A stretch of DNA of 64,000 nt from IMG/VR virus record IMGVR_UViG_3300042451_001437. The stretch is one strand, 5' to 3'. Below are positions 1 to 10,270 of the stretch, in pieces. Source of the stretch: an uncultured virus (IMG/VR IMGVR_UViG_3300042451_001437). Its lineage: Duplodnaviria > Heunggongvirae > Uroviricota > Caudoviricetes. Numbering within the stretch: position 1 is the first letter of the stretch; the number at the start of each line of letters is the position of its first letter. The notes below the pieces were generated by a model, which searched no databases, had not been told where the DNA came from, and saw nothing but the letters and a program-made list of their open reading frames with translations. The translations under genes were made by a program, and so were the position numbers.

Positions 1-3000
1 AACTTTAGTTCTTATTTTCTCATTAGGTAATCTAATATCTAAATCAGATATAACCTTTTTAAAATATTCAATATCACTATCACTAAATACACCCCATATT
101 CTCGCCAATTCAAATATGTCATAATCCAAACAACCAGCCCAAAAAGCCGCCAATAATTCGTCAACTTCACCATCCGTTAATTGGGCAAATTCTTTATCAA
201 CCAATAAGTTCATTATTGTTGGGTGATCGACAACGATGTCCCATGACAACGTACCAGATCTTTCCGTGTTGTTATATGTATATATTGGTTCTGGTCTACC
301 TAAAAATTGGTGAGTAGTCCAGTTTGTTGTTGTATCATCGGTAAATCTAATGTTATAAGGTGGGAACCACATGATTCTTCCACCATTAGAACCTTTTTCA
401 CAAGGTGGTAATTCATTAAATTGCGCTGAATCTCTCCAAGCTAAATTCTCAATGGAGAACATATATTTTCTCGCCCTTTTTTCACCAAAAGCTTCAACAA
501 CGGCATCACCCAAACCATCACCTAATCTACCATAACCTTCGTTAACGTTAAGTGCTGATGGGTGTATATTTAAGTTTCCGTATCTATCCAATACAGAATT
601 TCTTTCTTTTCTATTTAATTCTTTCCATCTAATAAGATCTGTTATTTTCGAGAATGGCTTTGCTTTTGTCCAAGCTCTACAAAGAGTAACCTCATTATAC
701 ATTCTCTCATCATCTCTCTTACCAGCTGTATCCAAACCAGGTACTAAATAAGTATAACCAATAACCTCATCTTTTTTGTTTTTTCTTGTGGTTCTAAGTG
801 GAGTAATTACACCAGAACTTTTTGGTGAAAAGTGGTATCCATCGGTAAATTTTGTTTTTGTTTGGTCAATGGATCTTATTGCACGGTTACTATAACTACT
901 TTCTAGTAATTTTTGTGTGACATCCATTATTGAACAATCTCTAAATCTATCAGCAGAAGTTCTGGATAAAATATCGTTATCAAGATCAGCATCCCAATTA
1001 AGTTTACCATTTTTACCATCTTCTATTGTCCAACGTGTTTCAACTGACTCACCTCTCCAAATAAATGAAGTTTGAACTGATCCGTATTTTGAAACATCTT
1101 CAACACCTGGTTCTACGAAATAGTTGGGTACACCACCGTTTTCTCCCGTACCAATTCTAATAGCCTTTGTTAACTCGCTATTAGCTTTAACCTGTAAACC
1201 ATTATTATCTTGTAACAAATAGAATATACTAACATTTTTACCAGCTGTAATGTATGGAGTGAAAACAACATCCTCAGTACCTTTTTGGGCTTTAGCTGTT
1301 CTTTTAAATAACCTTTTATCAGCACCACTTAATTTGTTTGTATAATCTGGTGAATATTTGTTATTACCTAAATTAGAAAACAAGAAAAATCTTTGAGCTC
1401 TACCCGTTTCATCTAATCTATCAATAACTCTATTCTCTAATTTATCTTCTATTCTTGAATCACCGAAACAAGTTGGTCTTAGTGTAACAGAATCATCTGA
1501 AAAGAAAGCGGATGTTAAACCACCTAAACCACCAATATCTGAAATAAAGCTAGCTAATTTACCTAAACCGCCCTTAAATGTTGTGATATCAGCATTACCC
1601 CTTTCAAGAATTGATGATGGATCTTTAATGAACTCAATAACTTTGAGTGGGTTTGTTAACATATCATCAATGGTTGTTAAACCAGCAACTTCCTGAGCCG
1701 TTTTAGCTAATAACCTTGTGTTTAAATGGAATTTTAATTGCAATGCCGCTACTTGTGCCAACACCGTATCATTTTTTAAAGTAGGTTCGGTTAACAAATT
1801 TGCTATATCCAAATCAGCACCTAATAGAGCACTCAATGGTGTTGATGCTGTAGGTATATTTAAGAAATCACCCATTCTTATTTCTGTTGGGTCAGCATTA
1901 CTTAATTTGTCCTGAGTAAGATATGGGTTTTGTGGTGTGTTTGGTGTTTGATTTAATAATAAATTTTGTAATATTTCATATACGACAACATTTTCAGCAC
2001 CATATTTATTACTACTTATATTAGTTGTGTAGTTTGGTGTTAAACTAGATAATTGCGCCTGGTTAGGTACAATAAAGTCGTTTATGATTGTGGACGCACC
2101 AACTGGAACAACACCTGGGTTAGCTAATGTGAATGCATCAGTAGGATCGTTTGGATCCTTAACCATATTTTTATTAAATAAACTGATCATTATTGGACCA
2201 GCCAATGTAACAACATCACCAGGGTTAAGATTTGCAAATGTACTTATTTGTGCTAAAGTACCTCTACCAGCTAAATACTGTGCAGCAATTGACGCACTTG
2301 GTGATAAAGCGGTAAGACCAGCAGAAACATCTACTGGTGTGTTTAATGTCATTGATAAGTTTAAGTTCCTTGGTGTTACAGCTTGTGTTATTACATCACC
2401 AGGGTTAACAACGTTAAAATTATTGATGGTTGTATCTAAACCTCTACCACCTAAATATTGGGATGCGATTAAAGCTGAAGGTGTTAAATTAACAATACCA
2501 GCAGTAATATCAGCTGGTGTGTTTAGGTTCATCGCAAGATCCAATGTTCTTGGTGCAAATGCATCTGAAACAACATTACCAGGGTTTACATTTATATAGT
2601 CATTAATAACACTATCTAAACCTCTACCAGCCAAATATTGAGCCGCTAAAGCACCACTTAATGAAGTAACCCCAGCTGTAATATCAGCTGGTGTGTTTAG
2701 AGTATGTGAAAAGTTTAAGTTTCTTGGTATTACAGAGTCTGTAACAACGTTACCAGGGTTTGTGTTAGGTAATGTACCAATCGCAACAAATGATCCCTTA
2801 CCAGCCAAATATTGCGCTGCATAGGCGCCACTTAAATTATTAACCCCTGCGGCAATATCAACTGGGGTGTTTAATGTTTGTGCAAAGTTTTGTGTTCTAG
2901 GTGTTACAGCTTCACTCAATACATCACCAGGGTTTACGTTTGGTGATGTTGTGATAGCAACAAACGTACCTTTACCTGAAAGGTATTGTGCTGCTAAAGA

Positions 3001-4005
3001 AGCGTTGGGTGACAAATCATTTACACCAGCAGTAATGTCCGTAGGTGTACTTAATGTTTGTGCAAAGTTTTGTATTCTAGGAACTACAGCATCTGTTAAT
3101 ACATCTCCAGGGTTAACAACATTAAATGTGTTAATAACACTGAATGTACCTAAACCAGCTAAGTACTGTGCGGCATAAGCAGCGTTAGCAGTTAAATCGT
3201 TTACACCAGCGGTAATATCAGCAGGTGTATTTAGATTCATTGCAAGATCTAACGCTCTTGGTATTAATGCGTCAGTTAATACATCACCAGGGTTTATATT
3301 CGCAAATGTGTTAATTACGGTAAACGCACCCTTACCTGAAAGGTATTGTGCAGCGTATGCTGCGTTAGGCGTTAAATCGTTCACACCAGCAGTAATATCT
3401 GTAGGTGTGTTTAGAGTCATGGCGAAATCCAAGTTCCTTGGGGCAATTGCATCGGTTAATACATCACCAGGATTAACATTCACAAAATCATTTACAACTG
3501 TGAATGAACCTCTACCTGAAAGGTATTGCGCAGCAAAAGTCGCATTAGCCGTTAAATCGTTTACACCAGCGGTAATATCCGTTGGGGTATTTAATGTATG
3601 TGATAAATCCAAATTTCTTGGTGCAACAGCTTCTGTTAACACATCACTTGGATTTACATTTGAAAAATCATTTATTACGGTTAATTGACCTTTACTATTA
3701 ACCAAAGAAGCCACGTAAGCGGCACTTGTTGTTGTATCAAGTAAACCAGCGTTAATATCAGCTGGTGTATTTAATGTTTTATTAAGGTTTGCTATTCTAG
3801 CTGGGATACCATCAGTATCAACATCGCCAGGGTTTTGTACATTATGAAAATGTATCGCAGCGTCTTGTCCTAACGAACTCAAATAAGCGTTAACCGTAAC
3901 CGAATTGGTTAAGTTAACCAAACCAGTTACAACATCAGGTGGTGCCTGTAAATTTAAATTAAGGATAACATTTCTAAACTGTCCCGATATACTATTTAAG
4001 CTCAT
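1..4005 (-). CDS. Large baseplate/tail-associated structural protein with ten ~60-aa N-terminal repeats (3' truncated by window edge, >1335 aa; not in ORF track)
   Basis: ATG at 4005 (MSLNSISGQFRNVIL...), with a TATTTAT motif at 4011-4017. Frame is open at all lines checked down to base 1. Distal part reads MWFPPYNIRFTDDTTTNWTTHQFLGRPEPIYTYNNTERSGTLSWDIVVDHP, resembling tube-initiator/baseplate (gp48/gp54/GpU-like) domains. Lies directly downstream of the tape-measure-like genes. Confidence 0.8.
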   Translation of the reverse strand, partial: MSLNSISGQFRNVILNLNLQAPPDVVTGLVNLTNSVTVNAYLSSLGQDAAIHFHNVQNPGDVDTDGIPARIANLNKTLNTPADINAGLLDTTTSAAYVASLVNSKGQLTVINDFSNVNPSDVLTEAVAPRNLDLSHTLNTPTDITAGVNDLTANATFAAQYLSGRGSFTVVNDFVNVNPGDVLTDAIAPRNLDFAMTLNTPTDITAGVNDLTPNAAYAAQYLSGKGAFTVINTFANINPGDVLTDALIPRALDLAMNLNTPADITAGVNDLTANAAYAAQYLAGLGTFSVINTFNVVNPGDVLTDAVVPRIQNFAQTLSTPTDITAGVNDLSPNASLAAQYLSGKGTFVAITTSPNVNPGDVLSEAVTPRTQNFAQTLNTPVDIAAGVNNLSGAYAAQYLAGKGSFVAIGTLPNTNPGNVVTDSVIPRNLNFSHTLNTPADITAGVTSLSGALAAQYLAGRGLDSVINDYINVNPGNVVSDAFAPRTLDLAMNLNTPADITAGIVNLTPSALIASQYLGGRGLDTTINNFNVVNPGDVITQAVTPRNLNLSMTLNTPVDVSAGLTALSPSASIAAQYLAGRGTLAQISTFANLNPGDVVTLAGPIMISLFNKNMVKDPNDPTDAFTLANPGVVPVGASTIINDFIVPNQAQLSSLTPNYTTNISSNKYGAENVVVYEILQNLLLNQTPNTPQNPYLTQDKLSNADPTEIRMGDFLNIPTASTPLSALLGADLDIANLLTEPTLKNDTVLAQVAALQLKFHLNTRLLAKTAQEVAGLTTIDDMLTNPLKVIEFIKDPSSILERGNADITTFKGGLGKLASFISDIGGLGGLTSAFFSDDSVTLRPTCFGDSRIEDKLENRVIDRLDETGRAQRFFLFSNLGNNKYSPDYTNKLSGADKRLFKRTAKAQKGTEDVVFTPYITAGKNVSIFYLLQDNNGLQVKANSELTKAIRIGTGENGGVPNYFVEPGVEDVSKYGSVQTSFIWRGESVETRWTIEDGKNGKLNWDADLDNDILSRTSADRFRDCSIMDVTQKLLESSYSNRAIRSIDQTKTKFTDGYHFSPKSSGVITPLRTTRKNKKDEVIGYTYLVPGLDTAGKRDDERMYNEVTLCRAWTKAKPFSKITDLIRWKELNRKERNSVLDRYGNLNIHPSALNVNEGYGRLGDGLGDAVVEAFGEKRARKYMFSIENLAWRDSAQFNELPPCEKGSNGGRIMWFPPYNIRFTDDTTTNWTTHQFLGRPEPIYTYNNTERSGTLSWDIVVDHPTIMNLLVDKEFAQLTDGEVDELLAAFWAGCLDYDIFELARIWGVFSDSDIEYFKKVISDLDIRLPNEKIRTKV
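2100..3850 (-). repeat. Coding tandem repeat, 10 units of 174-180 bp (58-60 aa)
   Basis: Anchor ccagggtt-like words at 2219, 2399, 2579, 2753, 2927, 3107, 3287, 3467, 3647 and 3827. One unit reads NPGDVLTDAIAPRNLDFAMTLNTPTDITAGVNDLTPNAAYAAQYLSGKGAFTVINTFANI. Confidence 0.92.
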
Positions 4006-4043
4006 ATATAATAAATATTATTCAAATCGTTTTTTATTAAGAA

Positions 4044-6806
4044 TTATATTGGCGCAACACCAAAATCAACAATATAATTTGCGGTACCGTTTCCATTTTG
4101 TGACATTGTTTTTTTAATCCACTCACCCATCATAACAGGATCTGAATCATAAAAGTCTTTTGCATTTATTTTTTGAGTACCGTCTTTAGTTTTTGCTTCA
4201 ATCTCACCATTCACAACAACCGTAATTGTTTGTTCACTAGAGTTGGCAGAATTTGAATACTTATTAGCGTTTAATTCCGAAATTAATGCCATTGCTGATC
4301 CAGGTGAAGCTGAAAAAGCTTTACCGTTTGATAGTGCTAAATAATCATTAACTTTTAAACTTGCATCAGATATTTCAGCACCTAGTTCTTGTGGTACAGC
4401 GTCAATACCTATTATGCTTTTTAATTCTTCGTTATTACCTTTTAATGCTTCTGATATTAAATCTTGTTTAGCTTGGTTACCACCAGTAAAAAGATCTGAA
4501 AATTGTGCCCCACTAGCGCTAAAATTAGCTACCGCCCTATCAGCCAAATAATCAGCGGCACTAGTCCAACCAACCATATCAGCAGCTGTCATACCAACAA
4601 TGTCAACAGCACCACCAATACCAGATAGTATACCACCTAATAAATCGTCACTCCACCCAGCTTGGTTTTGTTCTTCCCTTGTTTTCTTAACTATTTCGGT
4701 TAAGGCACCCTTGTTATCAATACCCATTGCTTGTGCTATATCCCTTGTTTTTTTATCTTTAGTTTCCATAGCAATACCAGCTTTCCATAAAGATTCACCG
4801 ACAGTTGGCACGTCTTTCATTGCTTTAAGTATTTCACCAAATAAGATTTTTACATACGGTATAACACCATCTAAAACAAAACGCACCACTTCATTGAATA
4901 TCGTACCTATTTTTTGGAAAAAAGTTTTGTTTTTATCACCCATGATATCTCTTATACCCTTTATAAAATCCTTAAAACCAGCTAAAAACAAATCCATACC
5001 AGTTCTAAATGTACCACCTGGGCTAAACAAATCTTTCATAAGTGGTATTAATGTTGCGGCTATTTCTTTACCTAAGGTTTCAATCTCATTCAATAAACCG
5101 CTATCAGCTAAAAGTTTATTCAACTCCGTAAATAAAGGTGTTAAACCAATTGCAAATCTTTCTAATATATTATTAAATCTATCTTGTAGTGTTAATCTTT
5201 GTTTTGCGGCTTCTTCATTAGCTGTTCTTTGTGATAAAATTTGTCTTAATTGATCTTGGCTTGTTATATTACTAACCAATTGGCTAACACCGTTAGCCAT
5301 TTTAATTTCATATTGACCTTTATCGTTTACTGTCATTAAATTAGCCAATGCCTGTTGGTCGTCATCACTAAAACCAATTAAAGAACCTGTGGTTTTTGTT
5401 AAGTTATTTAATTTGTCAGCTGTTCTAGCTTGCTCTATACCAGCATTAACAATATCATCATAGTTTTGTCCAAGTGCTTCAGCGGTCTCTCTTAATATTT
5501 GACGTTGCGCTGGTGGTATTATAAAATCACCATTTTTGTTTTTAATGGCTAAACTTTTTGCTGAAGTTATTAATTTTTCGGCCATACCATCCGCATTGTT
5601 CATCGAATCGTACATTAATTGGAACGGGTCACCAAACATTTGTGCAAACTCACCGCCAAGAACTTGTATCTTAGCCGCAGCTTCCACAGCCTTTTCTGGG
5701 CTAAAGAAAGCATCTTTAAATGATTTAATTGATTCAGCTAAGTTAAATCTTAATGATTCGGCTTTAGCGGCTAGTTTTGTTAAACCCTCAACGCTTCTAC
5801 CAAAACCAGATCCTGTTAAAGCTTTAACAACATCTGTTGTTGTTTGTAATAATTTTGTTTGATTAATATTAAATCTAGCAGCCTCATTTCTACCTTTTTG
5901 GGCAACTTTAAGTGTTGTACCTAATGAATACCCAACATTATCAAATTCAGCAACCATTTTGGTTACACCCTCAACAGCTAATCCAGTACTATTACCAAGA
6001 TTAACAATATCGGTAATTTCTTTAGTACTAAAAATTCTGTTTTTACCAGTTGCTTCACTAAAACCTTTTATGATCTTGCCAACGTCTTCTATTTTACCAC
6101 CATACTCAAGTATTTCGTTGTATATTGTTGGCATCGCATCTAATAACTGGTAATACTCTTTACTTGTCATACCAATATCAGCGGATAAGGCACCTACAAC
6201 TTTTTGCATTTCTAGGAACAGTTTCCAAGCTCTTTCTATCGGGAAGATGATTTTAAAAATTGCTTTACCAATATCCCAAGCAGTACTTAAAATACTACCA
6301 AATAAACTAAATAAACCACCAAATACGTTAGTTAATGTACCACCAACTTTACCAAATAAATCAAATGCTCTACCCAAACCACTTACGGAACCTTTAGCTG
6401 TTTGGTAATTTACTTCTTGTATCTCTTTTTCAAGTTCAAGTTGCTCTTTTTTCTTTTTAACCAACTTAGCTGCTTCTTTGTTACCCCTTTTTTCAAGTTC
6501 ATTAGCGACTTTACCCATATTAACAATCTCATCTTCGGTTTTTTTAAGATTTTTCTTAGCTTTTCTAAGGTTATCAGCGTCTTCAGCCATTTCCTTAGCA
6601 AATCTTTTTAAGTTACCCCATATTGATTGTGTTTTTAAATCCCACTCTCTACCAGCAGCTTTTTTAGCGTTTATGGCATCATACATAGACAACATCTTAT
6701 TGATGTGGTCTTCTTCTTGTGTTTGGCTTATAATACCCTTTTTTCTGGCATCCGTTAACTTGTTTAAAGCCCCGTCCAAATTGTTAAAAAAATCTGCTTG
6801 CGCCAT
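4044..6806 (-). CDS. Tape-measure-like protein (paralog 2)
   Basis: 920 aa, helical and Ala/Gly/Lys-rich, with hydrophobic segments. Located downstream of tube and chaperones. Clearly homologous to the adjacent 862-aa ORF. Confidence 0.7.
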   Translation of the reverse strand: MAQADFFNNLDGALNKLTDARKKGIISQTQEEDHINKMLSMYDAINAKKAAGREWDLKTQSIWGNLKRFAKEMAEDADNLRKAKKNLKKTEDEIVNMGKVANELEKRGNKEAAKLVKKKKEQLELEKEIQEVNYQTAKGSVSGLGRAFDLFGKVGGTLTNVFGGLFSLFGSILSTAWDIGKAIFKIIFPIERAWKLFLEMQKVVGALSADIGMTSKEYYQLLDAMPTIYNEILEYGGKIEDVGKIIKGFSEATGKNRIFSTKEITDIVNLGNSTGLAVEGVTKMVAEFDNVGYSLGTTLKVAQKGRNEAARFNINQTKLLQTTTDVVKALTGSGFGRSVEGLTKLAAKAESLRFNLAESIKSFKDAFFSPEKAVEAAAKIQVLGGEFAQMFGDPFQLMYDSMNNADGMAEKLITSAKSLAIKNKNGDFIIPPAQRQILRETAEALGQNYDDIVNAGIEQARTADKLNNLTKTTGSLIGFSDDDQQALANLMTVNDKGQYEIKMANGVSQLVSNITSQDQLRQILSQRTANEEAAKQRLTLQDRFNNILERFAIGLTPLFTELNKLLADSGLLNEIETLGKEIAATLIPLMKDLFSPGGTFRTGMDLFLAGFKDFIKGIRDIMGDKNKTFFQKIGTIFNEVVRFVLDGVIPYVKILFGEILKAMKDVPTVGESLWKAGIAMETKDKKTRDIAQAMGIDNKGALTEIVKKTREEQNQAGWSDDLLGGILSGIGGAVDIVGMTAADMVGWTSAADYLADRAVANFSASGAQFSDLFTGGNQAKQDLISEALKGNNEELKSIIGIDAVPQELGAEISDASLKVNDYLALSNGKAFSASPGSAMALISELNANKYSNSANSSEQTITVVVNGEIEAKTKDGTQKINAKDFYDSDPVMMGEWIKKTMSQNGNGTANYIVDFGVAPI

Positions 6807-6859
6807 ATGTTAAATTTAATTATTATTGCTTAACTATAAATATTAAACATTCTATTTTA

Positions 6860-9448
6860 TTATGAATTATAGACCATTTGGTTTATTATTTGTTTAGACA
6901 CAATATTCGTTGCGTCTTTAACACCATTATTATCTAAATCATGTTTTGTTAAATCTATTGTACCAGTTAAATTCAATTTAACAACTGGTTTTTTTGCTGT
7001 AGCTATTTGATTAGCTTTTTGATCAAAAAATAAAATAGCGTCATCTTTTCTACCTTGCATTATCTGGCCATTTGCAAAAACAAAAGGTGTTTTTGGATCA
7101 AATAATTTTAAACCAAAATTATTATCTGTTTTAAACGGTACACTTGCATTTGAAGAACTTTGCCCATAATTCATAAAACTAGGTATTGGTACGGTATTAA
7201 GTCCTTTAAAAGTTTTTTCATTTTCAACAACTTTTTTATTAGCCTCTTCAATTTTTGTTTGTAAACTGGTTAAATCACTTAAATTAATTTTTTCAGATTC
7301 ATCATCAGCATATCTGTCATTGTATGTTTTTACATCTTTTATTAAACCTGGTAAGGCTTCTTTAGCTAAAAAACTATTTTCACCAGCAGATAAAACGGAT
7401 TTAGCTTTTAAATTTAAACCATAACCTTTAACCGTATCACTTTTAATTAAACTACCTATACCTTCAATTGCCATACCACCAACATATGTTATATATGGTA
7501 AAACATCTTCTTTAAAAAAAGAAAAAATTAAAGAACCAGACTCACTAATTTTTTGACCTATGGTTAAATTCGGATCTTTCCATATATCAAATAATTTACT
7601 AAAAATATTTTTTACAAAAGTAAAACCCGCTAACACATCTTTACGAAAAGAACCATTGTTAGAAAATCCTTGGTGTATGAAATCAATCATGTTAATTGTT
7701 ATATCCTTTGCTAAGGAATCAAGATCACCAATTGTGTTATGGTTATTAAAAAGGTTATTTAATTCAACAAAAAATTGCGAAAACCCAATTGAAAACCTAT
7801 CAAGTACGATAGATAATCTTTCTGCCAATGTTTTTCTAAGTAACGCAGACTGTTCGTTTTTTCTTTCTTGATTTAAGATACCATATATTTCTGAGGTACT
7901 TGGTGTTTCAGATAAATTTTGTATAACCCCATTTGATAACCTTATACTATAAGATCCATCTTCATTCATTGTCATTAGATTTGTCAATAAATCTTTTTGG
8001 TCATCATTTAAACCAAATGTTGCTATACCTTTTTTTCTTAAAGCTTCTATTTTATCCTCATATTTAGCGTCCTCAATTGCTGCGTTAAATAATTCGTCAG
8101 CATCTTGATTCATTGCCGTTGCAAACTCCCTGATTAATTCACGATCAGCTGGTGATATTTGAAACCCGTTTCTACCCTTAAAAGCTTTACCTTTAACAAC
8201 TTCCATTAAATCAGCTGTTAACTGTAAAGGATCTTCAATACTTTTAGCCATCAACATCATTGGGTCGCTGAAATAAAAAGCAAATTTACCACCAAGTAAT
8301 CTGGCTGTTGCAGCCGCCTCAATTGCTGTTTCTGGGTCAGTGAAAGCATCCTTAAAAGCCCCGACACTTTTTTTAACATCAATTCTAGCTTTTTGAGTTT
8401 TGATAATTAGTTTGGTCATACCTTCTAAACCCTTCTCAATACCAAACCCAGTTAATTCAACAACCAATTCACTAGCTTTCTTAAGAATCGTTGTTTGGTT
8501 CTGAGAAACCGCCATTGATTTTTTTCTAACAAAATCGGTGAATTTTAATGTTCTGTCTAAAGAATATCCAAGGTTTTCAAAATTACCTATAAGTTCACCA
8601 GCGGCATCAACACCAAGCCCTGTACCTAAACCAAGCTCAATTATTGATTTAAATTCAGTACCACTAAAAACTCTATTTCTATTTGTTAATCTATTATAGG
8701 CATCGTAAGCCTCACCAACTTGCTCAATGGTACCACCAACATCTAAAACTTCATTCATTATTGTTGGCATCTGATCTAAAAAATTTTTAGATTCACTCGC
8801 AATTAAACCAGAGTCAGCCGCAACACGACCAACCAATCTTTGCATTTCTAAAAATTTTTCATAAACAGCACCAACCCCAAATTCAAAATCAAGTAAATTT
8901 TTTGCAAAAGAAAAAGCAACTTTAACAATACTTAAAGCCACTCTAAATAAAGCTTTTAAAGCACTCCACGCTAATTTAGCGACAAGCATTATTATGGCCA
9001 AATATGGGTTACCACCTTTGGCGCTTGATTGAACAGAATCAGCAACGTCATCCATTGCATCTTTAATATTTTTTTCAATTTCAAGTTGTACCCTCTTTTT
9101 AAATAACTCTTGACCTAATTCGGTTTTATTATCTTTTATCGCCTCGTTTTCTTTTTCTTTAAAAAGGTTTATTTGATCTTCAAGAAATATTAAATTCTCT
9201 TTTCTTTTTTGTCTTTCTTTGTATAGTTTGTGTTTTTCGGCTTGGATTCTTTTAAAATAAGCGTATAAACCTTCATTCTTAGAATCCCATCTATACATTT
9301 CTTTTTTCTGGGCAATAGCATCGTTATACGCATCAATTACATCTTGTACGTACCCCTCAATCATTTGTTGTGAATCGGTTGAAGCTGCCGTGTTAACTTG
9401 CAACTTTTTAACCATTTCATCTATTGCTGATGCTATATCTCCTTGCAT
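6860..9448 (-). CDS. Tape-measure-like protein (paralog 1)
   Basis: 862 aa with an N-terminal coiled coil and a hydrophobic stretch (YLAIIMLVAKLAWSALKALF). Shares blocks with 4044-6806. Confidence 0.68.
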   Translation of the reverse strand: MQGDIASAIDEMVKKLQVNTAASTDSQQMIEGYVQDVIDAYNDAIAQKKEMYRWDSKNEGLYAYFKRIQAEKHKLYKERQKRKENLIFLEDQINLFKEKENEAIKDNKTELGQELFKKRVQLEIEKNIKDAMDDVADSVQSSAKGGNPYLAIIMLVAKLAWSALKALFRVALSIVKVAFSFAKNLLDFEFGVGAVYEKFLEMQRLVGRVAADSGLIASESKNFLDQMPTIMNEVLDVGGTIEQVGEAYDAYNRLTNRNRVFSGTEFKSIIELGLGTGLGVDAAGELIGNFENLGYSLDRTLKFTDFVRKKSMAVSQNQTTILKKASELVVELTGFGIEKGLEGMTKLIIKTQKARIDVKKSVGAFKDAFTDPETAIEAAATARLLGGKFAFYFSDPMMLMAKSIEDPLQLTADLMEVVKGKAFKGRNGFQISPADRELIREFATAMNQDADELFNAAIEDAKYEDKIEALRKKGIATFGLNDDQKDLLTNLMTMNEDGSYSIRLSNGVIQNLSETPSTSEIYGILNQERKNEQSALLRKTLAERLSIVLDRFSIGFSQFFVELNNLFNNHNTIGDLDSLAKDITINMIDFIHQGFSNNGSFRKDVLAGFTFVKNIFSKLFDIWKDPNLTIGQKISESGSLIFSFFKEDVLPYITYVGGMAIEGIGSLIKSDTVKGYGLNLKAKSVLSAGENSFLAKEALPGLIKDVKTYNDRYADDESEKINLSDLTSLQTKIEEANKKVVENEKTFKGLNTVPIPSFMNYGQSSSNASVPFKTDNNFGLKLFDPKTPFVFANGQIMQGRKDDAILFFDQKANQIATAKKPVVKLNLTGTIDLTKHDLDNNGVKDATNIVSKQIINQMVYNS

Positions 9449-9450
9449 TA

Positions 9451-10209
9451 TTAATAAGTAACAATTATTTGGCCACCACTTTTTCTAATATTTCTTATTT
9501 TTTTTGGTAACGCTTTATTAACAAAATCTAAATTACTTCTATCATTAAAATAGGCTATAATTTTGTCTATTGTTGACGGTAATACATTATTGATCTCTAC
9601 TTTTCTTGTAACTTTTTGTTTATTTGTATGTATAACAATTGTGTTATTTAAAGTATGCACTCTAATATCATCTGGATTATTTGGGTCCACATTTATTTTC
9701 ACTTGTGTTTTTGTAAAATCATCCGATAAAAGTGCTCTTAAATTTTTATTATTTAAGTGTATTAAATTTTTATCATACTTAAGTTTAACGTCCTGGTACT
9801 TCTTTTTATCAACAAAATATGCTATTGTGATAATAATTGCAGCTAAATCCTCACCATCACCCAAAACACTTTTATCATACATTAATGTGTAGGAACTGAT
9901 ATTCCTATAATGTTTCCCTGCGATTTTTAATAGGTTGTCTTCGGCTTTATCTAAATAAGCGTTACCTCTATTGGCACTAACTTGCGCTTGAACATTTGCT
10001 TCTATGTCAGGCTTACCGACATTTGGGTCGTTTTGTGCATCTTCTTCAGATTTTGCTATAAACTCTTGGAAACTTAAAGGTTTTACATTAGTCATATCCT
10101 CATCTGGTAGTTTTGTAAATTTAACTTTACTACTCCAAGGCCAACTTATCTCACTAAGATTCTCAAATATCTTTTCCAATTGAGCTTCTGTTATAACATA
10201 TTTTTTCAT
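9451..10209 (-). CDS. Hypothetical late protein
   Basis: 252-aa ORF with a TATTTAT motif upstream (10224-10230) and an N-terminal KKYVITEAQLEKIFE motif. Confidence 0.75.
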   Translation of the reverse strand: MKKYVITEAQLEKIFENLSEISWPWSSKVKFTKLPDEDMTNVKPLSFQEFIAKSEEDAQNDPNVGKPDIEANVQAQVSANRGNAYLDKAEDNLLKIAGKHYRNISSYTLMYDKSVLGDGEDLAAIIITIAYFVDKKKYQDVKLKYDKNLIHLNNKNLRALLSDDFTKTQVKINVDPNNPDDIRVHTLNNTIVIHTNKQKVTRKVEINNVLPSTIDKIIAYFNDRSNLDFVNKALPKKIRNIRKSGGQIIVTY

Positions 10210-10241
10210 AAACGTATTTTAATATAAATATCGAATAAAAC

Positions 10242-10268
10242 AAAAAACCCACCTTGATAGTGGGTTTT
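10242..10268 (-). terminator. Intrinsic terminator
   Basis: AAAACCCAC-cttgata-GTGGGTTTT hairpin right after the stop at 10271, with a U-tract on the minus strand. Confidence 0.75.
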
Positions 10269-10270
10269 AT

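Noticed and set aside
1718..3688. Plus-strand ORFs of 65-171 aa in the ORF track
   Set aside because: They are antisense shadows of the long minus-strand repeat gene (4005 to <1).
2100..3850. 180-bp periodicity as a CRISPR array or DGR template/variable repeats
   Set aside because: Units are in-frame and similar along their full length. There are no unique spacers, no obvious adenine-specific variation, and no cas or reverse transcriptase gene in the window.
4600..9892. Plus-strand ORFs (e.g. 4600-5253, 217 aa) within the tape-measure region
   Set aside because: Antisense to long, well-supported genes, with composition typical of shadow frames.
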